Below are positions 22,097-33,821 of a stretch of DNA of 64,000 bases, in pieces. The translations under genes were made by a program, and so were the position numbers. The stretch is taken from NCBI RefSeq assembly GCF_964204645.1, contig NC_134025.1:8060001-8124000 (forward strand), read 5' to 3'. Below the pieces are notes generated by a model. The model was given only the letters and a program-made list of their open reading frames with translations. It made no database searches and was not told the origin of the DNA. This stretch comes from Tubulanus polymorphus. Its lineage: Eukaryota; Animalia; Nemertea. Numbering within the stretch: the first letter of the stretch is position 1; every line of letters begins with the position of its first letter.

Positions 22097-23842
22097 AAAG
22101 AAGTTTCCAGTTTCTAGGCGCCATTTTGTGGCGGTCCCTCGAGGTCCCCATTGTTGCGATGATTTGCGCTCATTTTTAAAACATAAGTTTAGATTGAATA
22201 TCATATAGTTCTGCAGCCCCTTGCTCGACGAAATCAATTTATACACCATTTTAAAGGAAATGAAATGCAGATATTTGCTGGCGATTCTTTGAAAGCAAAA
22301 ATTGAGAACAGTGACGATGTGAAACCAAGGACCGCATATCTTAACCGTGCGTAAAAGAAACCGCAATATCTATTAATTTTGAAATATCTAAGTATCTCTT
22401 GAAGCTTTATTTCCAATTTTCACAGAGGTTAAAGGGGGTAATTTGCAGTTTAAGCCTGCGTTAAAATCTTTTGAATATCTTTTCTGACGACTGATCTGTA
22501 CCCGCTTGAATTTGAGATTACGCGCAAAAGGGGTCTCCCACTGCGCATTGCAATTTCACTGAACATTGAGATTTGCGACAAGAAATCTTTAAATGCAATT
22601 TGATTTCTTCACATTTTCCATGGGGATATTTTGAGATGATAATCCATATCTTGTTTGTACCGTATTTTGGCGGGGGCAATTCGTTTAGCTGGTTTCGGGG
22701 TCCGGTTTGTCCCGCTATTGAAGTTTGAACGGCCCAGTTGAGGAATTGTCGTATACAGCCCATCCAGCCTAGCGCCGATTTTGTGTTCGGTGAAATCAAA
22801 CGTTTTAGAGTCGATGGTGAAATGTGCCAGTCAATTTAAACGCTTAGGACATATTTAACACATATCCCTCTCTGGTAATCCCTCATTCTGGGATCATACG
22901 ATGAATTTACTGAATCTCAACCTACTTGCTGGAAAACATCGACCAGAAAACCTTACTGATATAAAATTCCAATATAATATTTAAAGGGGTTCAGATCTGT
23001 CCCCCATTTGATATTCTGTTTTAAGGGGTCAACGTCCAGTTTGGCAACTTTCAGCTGCGCCACATATTCAAAAATATATAAAAACTTAGAATTTTTTTCT
23101 AGTGTCCAACCATGAGTGGTACATTCGGTTGAAACGCAAATTAGGTTCTCAACTAGGCCACATTTGCAACCAACACGGAAAGTCCCCACTCTTACAAGAA
23201 ATCCTTTAAATTTCCCAACGCTACAAAACTCGAATTCATCAAAACACTCAAAGTCCATTTTCAACCATACGAAAATAAAGGTAATATATAACCATCAGAA
23301 GCAATGTTAGTAATTACAAACCAGTATAAAATCTTATTTCTGCGATTTCTTTTCACAAATCTCAATGTTCAGTGAAATGGCGGCGCGCAGTGGGAGACCC
23401 CTTTTGCGCGTAATCTCAAACTCAAGCGGGTACAGATCAGTCGTCAGTAAAGATATTCAAAAAAATTAAACGCAGGCTTTAACTGCAAATAACCCTCTTT
23501 AAGCTCTGTGAAAATTGGAAATACAGCTTTAAAAGATACTTAGATATTTGAAAATTAATAAATATTGCGATTTCTTTTACGCGCGGATAAGATATGCGGT
23601 CCTTGGTTTCACATCGTCACTGTTCATCATTGTTGCGTTCAAAAATTCCAAGAATCGCCAGCAAATATCTGCATTTCATTTCCTTTAAAATGGTGTATAA
23701 ATTGATTTCGTCGAGCAAGGGGCTGCAGAACTATATGATATTCAACCTAAATTTATGTTTTAAAAATGAGCGCAAATTATCGCAACAATGGGGACCTCGA
23801 GGGACCGCCACAAAATGGCGCCTAGAAACTGGAAACTTCTTT
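22097..23842. mobile_element. Non-autonomous DNA transposon with ~490-bp terminal inverted repeats, inserted in the PLE RT domain
   Basis: aaagaagtttccagtttctaggcgccattttgtggcgg... (22097-~22587) is the reverse complement of ~23344-23842. Removing it and one AT copy restores GTT CTA ATT CAC (V-L-I-H) in frame. Confidence 0.92.
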
Positions 23843-24692
23843 ATTCACAATAAATTTTCTCATTTGATTTTCTCAGTCTACCGTAAACCTATCAACGCCG
23901 AGGCATACCTTCACTTCTTTTCGTTTACTGCCAAATCAATCAAAATCGGTCTCGCTCAAGGCCTCTTTCTCCGTGCACTGCGGATCTGCGATGAAACCTT
24001 CCTTTCGGCTGAATTTGACCATATATCCAAACTCTCTTAGAAATTTGGCTTACCTGATCACATTTTGAAAATCGCTATTTCTAAGGCTAAACGTACTTTC
24101 TTCAATTCTAAACCTCCAGAAAATAAAAAACACATTTCAGAGTTCATTGTAGTTCCGTATGTACCTGTTTTGGAAAAGTTTCGTCACTCTCTCCCTTTAT
24201 TGGATAAACAAATCATTTTCACGTATGAAAACAAAATTAGTAAGACTTTGGTTAAAAACAATCAATCTAAACCTTTGGACTGCGGAGTTTACAAAATTCC
24301 TTGTTTTGGCTGTGATAAAATTTACTTCGGAGAAACTGGTCGTGATTTAAAAACTCGAATTTCGGAACACAAAAAGGATATAATAAATCAAAAACCGGCT
24401 AGTGGCGTAGCCAATCACGTTTGGAACACTGGTCATCGTTTTAATTGTGATAAAGCCGAAATTATTTATACTTCCAGCAATTACACTAAACGCCACATAG
24501 TTGAGTCTGCCCTAATTACTCATCACTCAGATATTAGTACCAATTTAAATAATGGCTTTTCTCCACATAATTCCCTTCTTTCTAAGTATATTACTTCATG
24601 CCTTGTCAAACACTAATTATTCACTCACTCACCAATTTACTCAATTAACCTGTCCTCCTCTGTATATATACCCCTGTTTTAAGTCTATTTCT

Positions 24693-24735
24693 CACACCTG
24701 ACGATGATCTCTAGGGTGAGATCGAAACGTCGTGT
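24693..24735 (+). ncRNA. Minimal type I hammerhead ribozyme in the PLE pseudo-LTR
   Basis: acac-CTGACGA-t-gatctc(tagggt)gagatc-GAAA-cg-TC|-gtgt: complete core, 6-bp stem II, palindromic ACGT stem III and predicted cleavage after C24731. Confidence 0.88.
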
Positions 24736-25129
24736 CTTTTAAATATTTTAGATTTTATTAATAAATTCTTGTTTTTAAATTCTTTTAATCTGTAATAGTG
24801 GGATTTGATCTTATTATAGTGTTTGCTATTTCCAAGTTTCAAATTCGAATCCCGTGGTAATTCTTTCTAATCTTTTTATCCAACGTGATGCTCCTCGATG
24901 TCACCTAGCAGAACATTAACTTACCTCAATTTTCTCTCTCAATTCCTTTCTCTCTATCTCTTTCGGATGCCTGCGTTTAATTTTGCAAGGCCACAAGGCA
25001 AGGCGCAATCAATTTGTGAATCGCCGATCGTTTAACTGCTTTTCCGTAAAGAAAATATTGCAATCGAAAATTGAACGCAATCAATTTGATTCCCAAACTT
25101 AATCGATTTTGCATTGGCTTTCCAGTCTG

Positions 25130-25345
25130 AGTTTTGCGCCAGTTTTTGCGCCGCGGTCAAATTCGTTTCTTCGAAGAAACGAAGTTCGTTTCGGCGGGGC
25201 GCCGAAACGAGAATTGGCACCGCGAAGAAACGGGCGCAGAAATAAAGGTTCGTTTCTGCGCCCGTTTTGGCGCGTTTCAGCGCGGTAAATTACGTTTCTG
25301 CGGCGCGCAGAAACGGAAGCAGAAACGAAGCAATTTTGCGCGGCA
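25130..25345. repeat. GC-rich cluster of short hairpins built from cgtttc/gaaacg units
   Basis: ttcgtttcttcgaagaaacgaa; cgtttcggcg..cgccgaaacg; aaacgggcgcagaaa..tttctgcgcccgttt; cgtttctgcg.cgcagaaacg. Confidence 0.7.
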
Positions 25346-25707
25346 TATTGCACGGAATTTTTTTTTTAACTTGGCCCGAATCAGCCGCGATATAGGTGGG
25401 CCTCTGATTCCCCGATAGTAACCTTTCGCGTGACGGAAAACATAAGGCACGCATTAATTAATAAATAATTAGCCTCACTGGGTGCAGATATCCCGAAGTC
25501 CAGTCACCGAGTAATTGGATTAATCAGTCAATGGTAGCGCGTGAAATATTCACGAGATTGAGAAACCTGTTGCCAATGAACCGAGTGAAGTGTGTTTACA
25601 TTATTTTCACTGCTCGGGCAATACTTGAATTATTTTCCAGCTAGAGCAAGTATTTTGGGAAATGCCGTTCTTGGAACATAATCTGATTATTTGTTCGGTT
25701 GCCATTT

Positions 25708-28700
25708 ATGGAACCGACTAAGAAATCGAAGGTTGAGAATGGCACTTGGAATGTTCCCACCGATAAAAGTTTGTCAATCGGCAACAATCCCCCAAAAAGC
25801 CAGATGCCGGTCTTGTTTTATCATCAATAAGGATAGTGACGATGATGATTACGATACAGATCTTGAACAAGATAGTCATAAACAAGGTAAGAGCAGTTTT
25901 TGCATTTTTAACGTTTTGATACCGATACTAAATATCATGCCAATTCACTTAATTTGATTAAAAATCTTGAAGAGAAAAAGAAAATGACGTTAACCGGGCA
26001 CCAGAAAACACCGTTCGTATACGCTAAAGCTTGTCAAGAAGTACAGTTGACTCCGGCATCCAAAGTGTTTCACAGTCTCGATAATTCAGAACTGAACATA
26101 AAGTTTCAAAATATTGGACCGGGTGGTGCTAAGGCGTTAGCTACAGCACTTGTCGTGAGTAGGCTAAATTCACAGATTCATGTGAATGAAAATAAAACCT
26201 CTGTTGGCACTCGTCGAAGTATCGTATGGGTAAATGTCTATTATTTGTCTTAGGAAAATACTAGTGTGGAAATACTGGACCTTGAGGAAAGTGGATTGGA
26301 AGATGTAGGTGCAGTTTTCATCATAGAAATGCTACAGGAAAATATTTACATATGCCACGTGGTAAGCTATTAGAAAAGAATGTAGCGCAGTTTTGATAAA
26401 TGAGAGACGATCAATGTTTAGAATATTCGTAGAGTAGCCGTGTTAACCAGGTTTAAAATAAGTAACGAGACGAGTAGTACTGTAAAGGTTAACTGTTTAT
26501 TTGACGCACGAGCTTTCGCTTCTAATGAATAGAAGCTTCACCTGATGAGTCACCTGATGAAGCTTCTATTCATCAGAAGCGAAAGCTCGTGCGTTAAATA
26601 AACAGTTAACCTTAACCTATACAGTACTACTCGTCTCGTTACTAATCTCATAACGTAAAACTCAAAATGTAAGAAAATTAACAGATATTTTTTGAAAATA
26701 TTAACATTACTTGCAGAATCTAGCAAGTAACCAACTGAGTACAGAAGCCGCAAAAGCCCTTAGTGAAATGATGCGGATCAATAAATATATTTCAACTATG
26801 GATATTTCGAGTGGGTTTTTTGCTATTTCAGATCAATACATGCACTTAATGTGATTCATAATTTCGTCTTTCGAACATTCGTCTTTCGTATTTCTTTTTC
26901 ATTTAATTTCACTTCTTCCATCTTTTCTCCAAGGAAACAATTTTCGAGATTTTGATGCAAAATATATCGCCCAAATGATTCAAGTAAGTTAACTCACCTC
27001 GCCACGTGGTGACTATTCGTCGGTTTATCGGTGTCTTTAGAAAATGTAGTAAACAACAAATTTGAAAATGAAAATATCTTTTTCAAGCATAACCCATGGC
27101 TTCTAGAGCTAAATCTAAGTTACAACTGCTTCTCTGAAGATGGTGGCCAACGGATCGGAAAAGCCTTAGGTATAAAATCTCCTGGAAATTGATTATGACA
27201 TGTATACAATGGCAATTGTAATTGAAACTCCTATTGAAATGTATTCCATCGCACTTTTCAGCTAAAAATCACACTCTGCAGCGTCTTGATCTATCTTGGA
27301 ATCAAATAAGACGACGCGGCGCCGTTACTATTTGTAAAGCATTGAAAGTAAGTGCGACAGTCGTTTCTAATTGTTTTGTCTTTTTCATCGTGGACTCTTA
27401 AACTTCGTTTCGAATCTACACCAGGGCTTAAACTATCGATTTTGTTTATTGCTACGTAGGACAACCGTGGTTTGCAACATTTGAATCTCTCGTGGAATGG
27501 ATTTGGTTTCGAGGGATGTTTAGCTTTGTGCGGCTCAATCAAATTGAATACTACACTGAGAGAATTAGATCTAAGTAACAACAGAATTAATTGGGATGCA
27601 GCAAAGTTTCTAGCAGCCGGACTTCGGGTCAACAGAACTCTTAAAATACTTAAGGTTATCTTTAAATCATTTATCTTTAAATCATTTTAGAATGAATGTT
27701 ATTCACTATGATTGATCATGATAATGTATATGGTCGTTATAATCTCATCCTAGATTGGAAACAATCCACTTGCATTTTCCGGATGTGAGAGACTTCTAGA
27801 CGCAGCGTGCCAGAAAAAAAGTGCTATTCTTCATTTAGGCTTCGACGTACGTAATTTTGTATAAGATAGATTACTGTTTTATTTCTATTACATCTGTTTT
27901 AGTTAAGATTTTTTATTCTTATGTCAGGGAATTCCTGTAAACCATCGCATCGCTTACCAGGCAGAGGTGCTGCAGAAATCTCGACCAGAATTTACGTACA
28001 CTCTAGGTCGCGTACATGACACGCAAGAGCTCATAGGACGAGAACTCCCAGGTACGTAATACCCTCTTCTAGAATTCTAGAAAAAAACCGTTTAATTAGA
28101 TTAACTTGCTCTTAGCCTGATAAAACAGTAGACTAAAGCTTCCTCTTATAGAATTCAAGAACTGACAACAAATCGTTTCGACCATTAAAAAGAATACATA
28201 CATTATCTGATTTTCGAGATTTCACTCCCTAATTTTAGAACCGACGGGCGGGCCTCTGAGGCTTTTGTTTCAGTACATGAGCGATAAAGGTATTCGTGTA
28301 ATGGATTTGTTTCGAGTGATCGACCGAGCTGTTGCAAGTGGAGTTTCAACGGAACAGTTTATTCGTGGACTAAAGGTAAATATCTAAAAATCAGGTATAT
28401 ACCGGTATATAAGTTTCGGTGGTGTGGGAAAAAATAAAATGCATCCCCGTCGATATACCAAACCAATAACAGGTGCTTTGATGCGTTGTCGAGGATTTTT
28501 CTTTCCTCCTGAAGATCATCGCGTAGGAGGTTTGGAAAACATGAAAGCATTTGTAAAAGAAACATGTAGTATGAAAGGGATGAATGTGTGTTATTCTTTC
28601 GAAATTAATTACTATTATTCTAGAAAATAAATGCCCCCTTGACCGAACGTGAAATGAGGCGAGCGGCAAACGAAATAAAAGATCCCAGTGGTAAAATTAC

Positions 28701-29252
28701 ATATCAGTAAGTTGCATTAAAGAATTAAATATTTCATGCGAATATTGGTCGATTTATATCTATTCATTGGTATTAATAACGATCTTTTTACTGTGAATTT
28801 TTAGGGAGATTCTGAACGGGGTAAAAACAGTTCGAGCCAACATCCGCACCGAAATGAAAAAACGATGGGCAGAAGAGAAGAAAGCCAAAAAGGAACGGTT
28901 CCAAATTTTGGCGAGTGTCGATGTTCCGGGTAATAGTATATCCATAGAGGATAACGTTTCTCTTCCTCGGGAGCCGTCGGCGACGCTTTTATCACCGCTG
29001 GTTGTGGAAAGATCTCGATCGAATGTAAGTCTAGGGCCGTCCAGGTCTACGACTCAGCTCGGACAGGTAGTTCCATTGCCTTTTTTAACGAGGCGAGGTA
29101 GCTCTTTAACAACTACCATCAGCTCGGCGGAAAAGATGTCGACGAAACAAGGCGTTTCTTCCTTGCCGAGCTTGGGACCTACCTCAAAGGTGCAGTTCAG
29201 TGTTCAAATGAAAAAACCAAAAGGGAATAAGAACCGAAATGAGAAAAGGTAG
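25708..29252 (+). CDS. LRRC74A: Leucine-rich repeat protein 74-like (RI-type LRRs plus EF-hand-like C-terminal region)
   Basis: DDDYDTDLE motif, YAKACQEVQLTPASK...IGPGGAKALATALV|ENTSVEILDL, repeated LxxLxLSWNxxG LRR exons and LFQYMSDKGIRVMDLFRVID. Start at 25708 (MEPTKKSK| spliced to DSDD) or 25739 is uncertain, and the A/B paralog is not resolvable. Confidence 0.8.
26421..26643 (+). mobile_element. Fold-back hammerhead-bearing short element, copy A (LRRC74 intron)
   Basis: Inverted arms around ~26545. Right arm cac-CTGATGA-agcttct(attcatc)agaagc-GAAA-gc-TC|-gtg at 26551-26591. Confidence 0.85.
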
Positions 29253-30385
29253 AATGACTAATTACAATGTATATGGTGAAAATCCAAATAATAGTAAATA
29301 AACATAATACACAATTTGAAGATAAACAATTGACACAAGCTTTATTAAAATGACATGTACTTTGGTTTTATTGTGTGCATTTTCATATTCAGTTACTCAT
29401 GATATTGTAACAAAGCAATTTAAATCAGTTAAAACTCAGAATTCTGACATTCCAGAATACCACTTTAATAAAAGACACAAATGGCATAGTATTCTTTCAG
29501 TAAAATCGAAGTTATAAAGACATCTCAATTTTGTTATCCTGCCGAGAAAACAACAAAGCCACATAATCTGTTATTATAATACTGCGCATAGAATTTGCTA
29601 TACGACATAATATAGCCTAGATTCGATATAGCTGCTCTAGTGTCACTATTCCTAAATAACAAGCCGGTATTAGCAATCGATAGTTAATAGAGGTAGTAAA
29701 CTACATGTACCACATCTTTGAATCAAAGATTGTCTTGAAAATACAACACAAAATAATAATACATTAATTCCATCGAATTCAACCCGAAATGTGATTTTGA
29801 TTAATAACTTAAACTCTGAAACCAAAATGCAGATTTTCCCCAGAAAGCAAACACCAAGTCATTTAGAGGCAGGCAGAGAGTGTAAGATTGTATGAATATT
29901 GATTTCTGTAATACTGAAAAAAGTAACAATGTTCATAGTCTCTCGGAGACCACGGAGGTAAAAATTTGAAACTCCTTAAAAACTGGACGAGTGACAATAA
30001 CTATCAACGCTCAATGAAACAATCCCTACTCATCACTTTGGTAAATACTAGGAACCAGGAAGTACCAAATCACAAACATGGTTCATCTAAATACCTAACG
30101 TAGTCTAATCGTCACACATGATTAGCACAAAGATTAGTTACATTTTCAGCTAAAAGGATTCATCTAAACTCATAATTATTCACGGCACGCATTAAAATTA
30201 CCAATACAGTATATACCTAAAACTACATGTATAAATATTCCGAGACAATAACAATAAATATCCTTTGAAATATATTTTGAATATCTATACGTCCTAGAAC
30301 CATATGTCTACTTCAGTACAAAAAATCTTTAAAAAAATAACTTATCCATAACAGTTCATTCATATAAATTCCTTAAACATCATCA

Positions 30386-32286
30386 CTATTTCAAGTTAAA
30401 CTTAGCAACGAGAGGCAAGTGATCCGAACCGTGGTATTTATTGGGCAGACCACCCATGCGCTTAATTTCAGTTTTAGTCATTAACTTCAGCCTAGCCGTG
30501 AGCTCAAGATTTCCATTTTCAATGTTGACAGCGGAACCATCAGCCGACGCATCAGCAATGTTCTGATCATCTACTGTATAGAATATGAAATCAACTGTCG
30601 CACATGCTCTCATATGCTGCGTAGAAACTTCCGTAAATAATTTCCCCGCACGATCCGTTTTATGCTTATAAACTGATGCTAAATCGAAATTGTGCGAAAG
30701 CACTCCCGATCCAACCGTATGTCTGGACGTTTGCATATTTTGAGATTCCGGAGTCGTCGATTTTGCTTCATTTTTAATCACAGCGCCATCGTTATCATCT
30801 ACAGACGGGGCAGGTTTTTTACTGTCTTTGGACGATTCAAGCGATACCTGATGCGATTTTCTTTGGTTTACCAACGCGATGTACTGACACTGGTCATAAA
30901 TTCCTATTCGAGGAGGAAGCGTGTCGCGCGATAGTTTGACGTATCGACCACCGCGGTCACCCTGTCCCGATACATCTTTAGCGAGAAGATTTTGCACTTT
31001 TAAGCGTTTACCACATATAAAGTTGTACATCGGACTGTACGGCGAAGAGTTAAAGTCACCGCACAGAATCACAGGATGGTAACCAGTTCCACCCGGTTTG
31101 TAAATCAACGAATCAATTTCAGAGAAAAGCAATGAAATCTGCGCTAACTTAATATCACCACGTTTCGGGTTGAATAACAAATGTGTATTCGCGAGGCAAA
31201 GTCTCACGTTGTCATCAACGTCCTCTGAAATCGGTTTTAACAAAGTGAGTAATCCTACGTTATCTCGGTCTAAAATGCTCACACCGGGACGGTAGAATTC
31301 AACTGCAACGCATCGGTCCATTGTAAATTTATCAGCTTTGAAGTAAGTCGCACATCCATCTGGCTTGTCACCTGTTCTCTTTTTGAAATTACCCAGATAT
31401 CCTGCAAGACCAAGAACTTATCTTTCAAAGAACACGCCATTAACATTCACACTTGGACTTTTTGATAAAAACCTACCAAGATTTATTAAAATTGGATTGA
31501 AAAAGTTTTCATAATGTTCTGCATCTACCTCTTGTAAGCAAAGTACCTAAAAAAGTCAAAAGTTGAATCACTTGAAGCCAACATTTTTATATCATTTAAA
31601 TGATTCATCTCATATGAACACTTACATCAGGTGACAGAGCTTTAATTTCACGCATGAGCTCATTTTTTCTGTGGCGCCACGTCAGATATTGCCTATTGAC
31701 GTGTGAATAAAGATAATGATTGTCTTCGAGTAACTTCTGAGCGAGCACGTTGTACGTCATGAATGTAAAATTTATTCCAGCGCGTCTGGCGCTTGAAGGG
31801 ACATATTCCCAGGACCGGTACTTGTGATTATTACCATTAGCTAAAAAATTTGATACAAGATTCCGGAGTGAGAAACATTTCCTAAATTCTAATAATGAGG
31901 AGGCAAACAATAGTGACAAATCTAAGATTAATTCAGAAGTTACCGGTGTCCGAGTTGCGAGTATTTTCTTCATTGAATCTTTGTCTCTTCATTGTATAAG
32001 CGCTTAGTTGAGCAGAAAATGGTCGTTTTTTCAGCACTTTCTTCTTGCCAATACTTGTAGTACACGATTCAGCCATGTTTATTATAGTACTCTTTGAGGC
32101 GTATCCAGTATATTGGCAATCTAACGCATTTAAGAAGACATTACGGATCTTCAAACAAGGTCCCCTCTTCAGCAACCTCTGGTTGGACTTGCTACTGAAT
32201 GTCGATTGATGATATGAGTGTGACGGGATCTGTAACAGCCTTAGCTTGTGACATCGGAATGAACAGACCAGAACACGGTTATTCAT
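30386..32286 (-). CDS. ANGEL2: Protein angel homolog (CCR4/EEP family 2',3'-cyclic phosphatase)
   Basis: FTFMTYNVLAQKLLEDNHYLY, LCLQEVD, KRTGDKPDGCA, LDRDNVG, LCLANTHLLFNPKRGDIKLAQ, ILCGDFNSSP, TVDFIFY, GSDHLPL. ANGEL1 versus ANGEL2 is not resolvable. Confidence 0.92.
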
Positions 32287-33821
32287 ATCTAGAATTGGAA
32301 ACTGTAAACATCTTTAATTAATCTACCACGGCCGCACAGGTGACGCAAAACGTTTTGTCCCGTACTGTACTGGTACTATGTAAATTTGATGGAATTTGAA
32401 TATTTAAAATTTTCTTTTCCCTAGGATACTGGGGTCAAAAATTTTGCGTCAGGCCTGTATTTGTGTAATTAAACGTCAAGTCAAGAAGAAGAACGTCAAC
32501 AAACGAAACATTTCAGAATTGATTTTTTATAGCAAGTAACTTTAAGCACGACTTGTTATCATTTTATTATTATTGTAAAAAAAAAACTCCATAGATATGC
32601 AACACCTACTCTTAATTTTAGAATAACCAACAAGCAACAGCACTCATTATAACAATCAATAGTCAATCATCATCCACGAAGGGTCCACGAAATATCGACT
32701 CGAAACCTCTACACGATAGAGGCGCCACCTTTCGATGGAATCACTTGCTACTGTTTGCATCAGGGCGACTCCGAATTAATGGCAAACTGTCGACAAGTTT
32801 AAATTCAAAATTAGTTTATTACACCTTGATATGTGCGCCAATAACTCAGACAAATCCGTTAGGAATTCGGCTCAAAGAGCAACGATGCATATCAATATAG
32901 AGTGTCGATAGGATCTCAGAGACAAATCGAATGGCGTCGGTCTAGTAGAACCAATGTAGGAAAATCTCCAAACAGAATGATTTGCAAACTAATACTTTTT
33001 AAAATAATATAATCTAATGTTTATTTATTATAATGCGTAAAAGGAGTTCTTGGTATTTAATTTGAATCATATTCAACGTCAATTATCATCGGTAATGAAA
33101 ATGTACTGGTTACTTGCAAAACCGTTGAATGAGGATTTTAGTTTACAAAATAAAAAAGACCAGTAAGAAGCAGATATCAAATACGACAACGTTCGATATC
33201 AAAAAGTGCATGGCAATAGTGCCGAGAAGGGCTACAAATAGAAAAGGCTATGAACCGTCCATAGTCTAAAAAATAGACACATTATTTTTTTCTCATCCCT
33301 AGGTCTGGTCGCAATGGCCTTGTTGAGCAATCCGACTCGACATACAAACGTTGATGTAATTGTTACTAAAATATTGTACGTATTTTGTATCACGTAAAGA
33401 TAGTAAGTACAAGTATAGCAGTAATTGACTAGAGATTTAAATATCGTTGAGCCACTTCACGCATTTCTAATTAATACACAATGCTGTACCGATACAATTA
33501 ATAGGATCATAATAAATAATAACAAATACACAATCACACACACAGCGTCCAAGCATTTTTCTCTTATTTGAATATTCCAATTCAATCACTAGTAAACGAC
33601 AATCATATAATCTAATCAATAAGTTATCAATCATACATCACGATACCCATTCCTTCGGAATAAGAACGATTAAATCTTAGTAAAATTAAAACTGAAAGCC
33701 CCTCGTAATCAATTGTTGGGATAAAGTTTTGTTATTTCATCTCTCAATTTACAAAGCACAGGAGGCCATTCCTTCAAAAACATAGCGCCTACGAAAACGT
33801 AGTTCTACACACTAATATGGA

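Larger units (their letters stand above)
20526..24790 (+). mobile_element. Penelope-like retroelement (Penelope/Poseidon type): RT + C-terminal GIY-YIG endonuclease, disrupted
   Basis: VVNLSS, LGLNF, KADKG, YGLPKIHKP..PLRPIIS, SFDAVSLFTN, GFAMGNPLSP, RYVDD and PFLDV; resumes at 23845 with SVYRKP..YLHF; then GVYKIPCFGCDKIYFGETGRDLKTRISEH (GIY-YIG with CxxC and His residues). A hammerhead follows the ORF. Both ends are approximate. Confidence 0.95.

Noticed and set aside
21824-24040. Mirror-image ORFs 21824-22366 (-) and 23594-24040 (+) sharing RIASKYLHFISFK...
   Set aside because: By-product of the long TIRs. Only the part of the + ORF after 23845 is real (PLE RT continuation).
30386-32286. 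ANGEL (2',3'-cyclic phosphatase) close to hammerhead elements that produce cyclic phosphates
   Set aside because: ANGEL is a conserved host gene and the ribozyme elements are dispersed repeats; proximity is best explained by chance.
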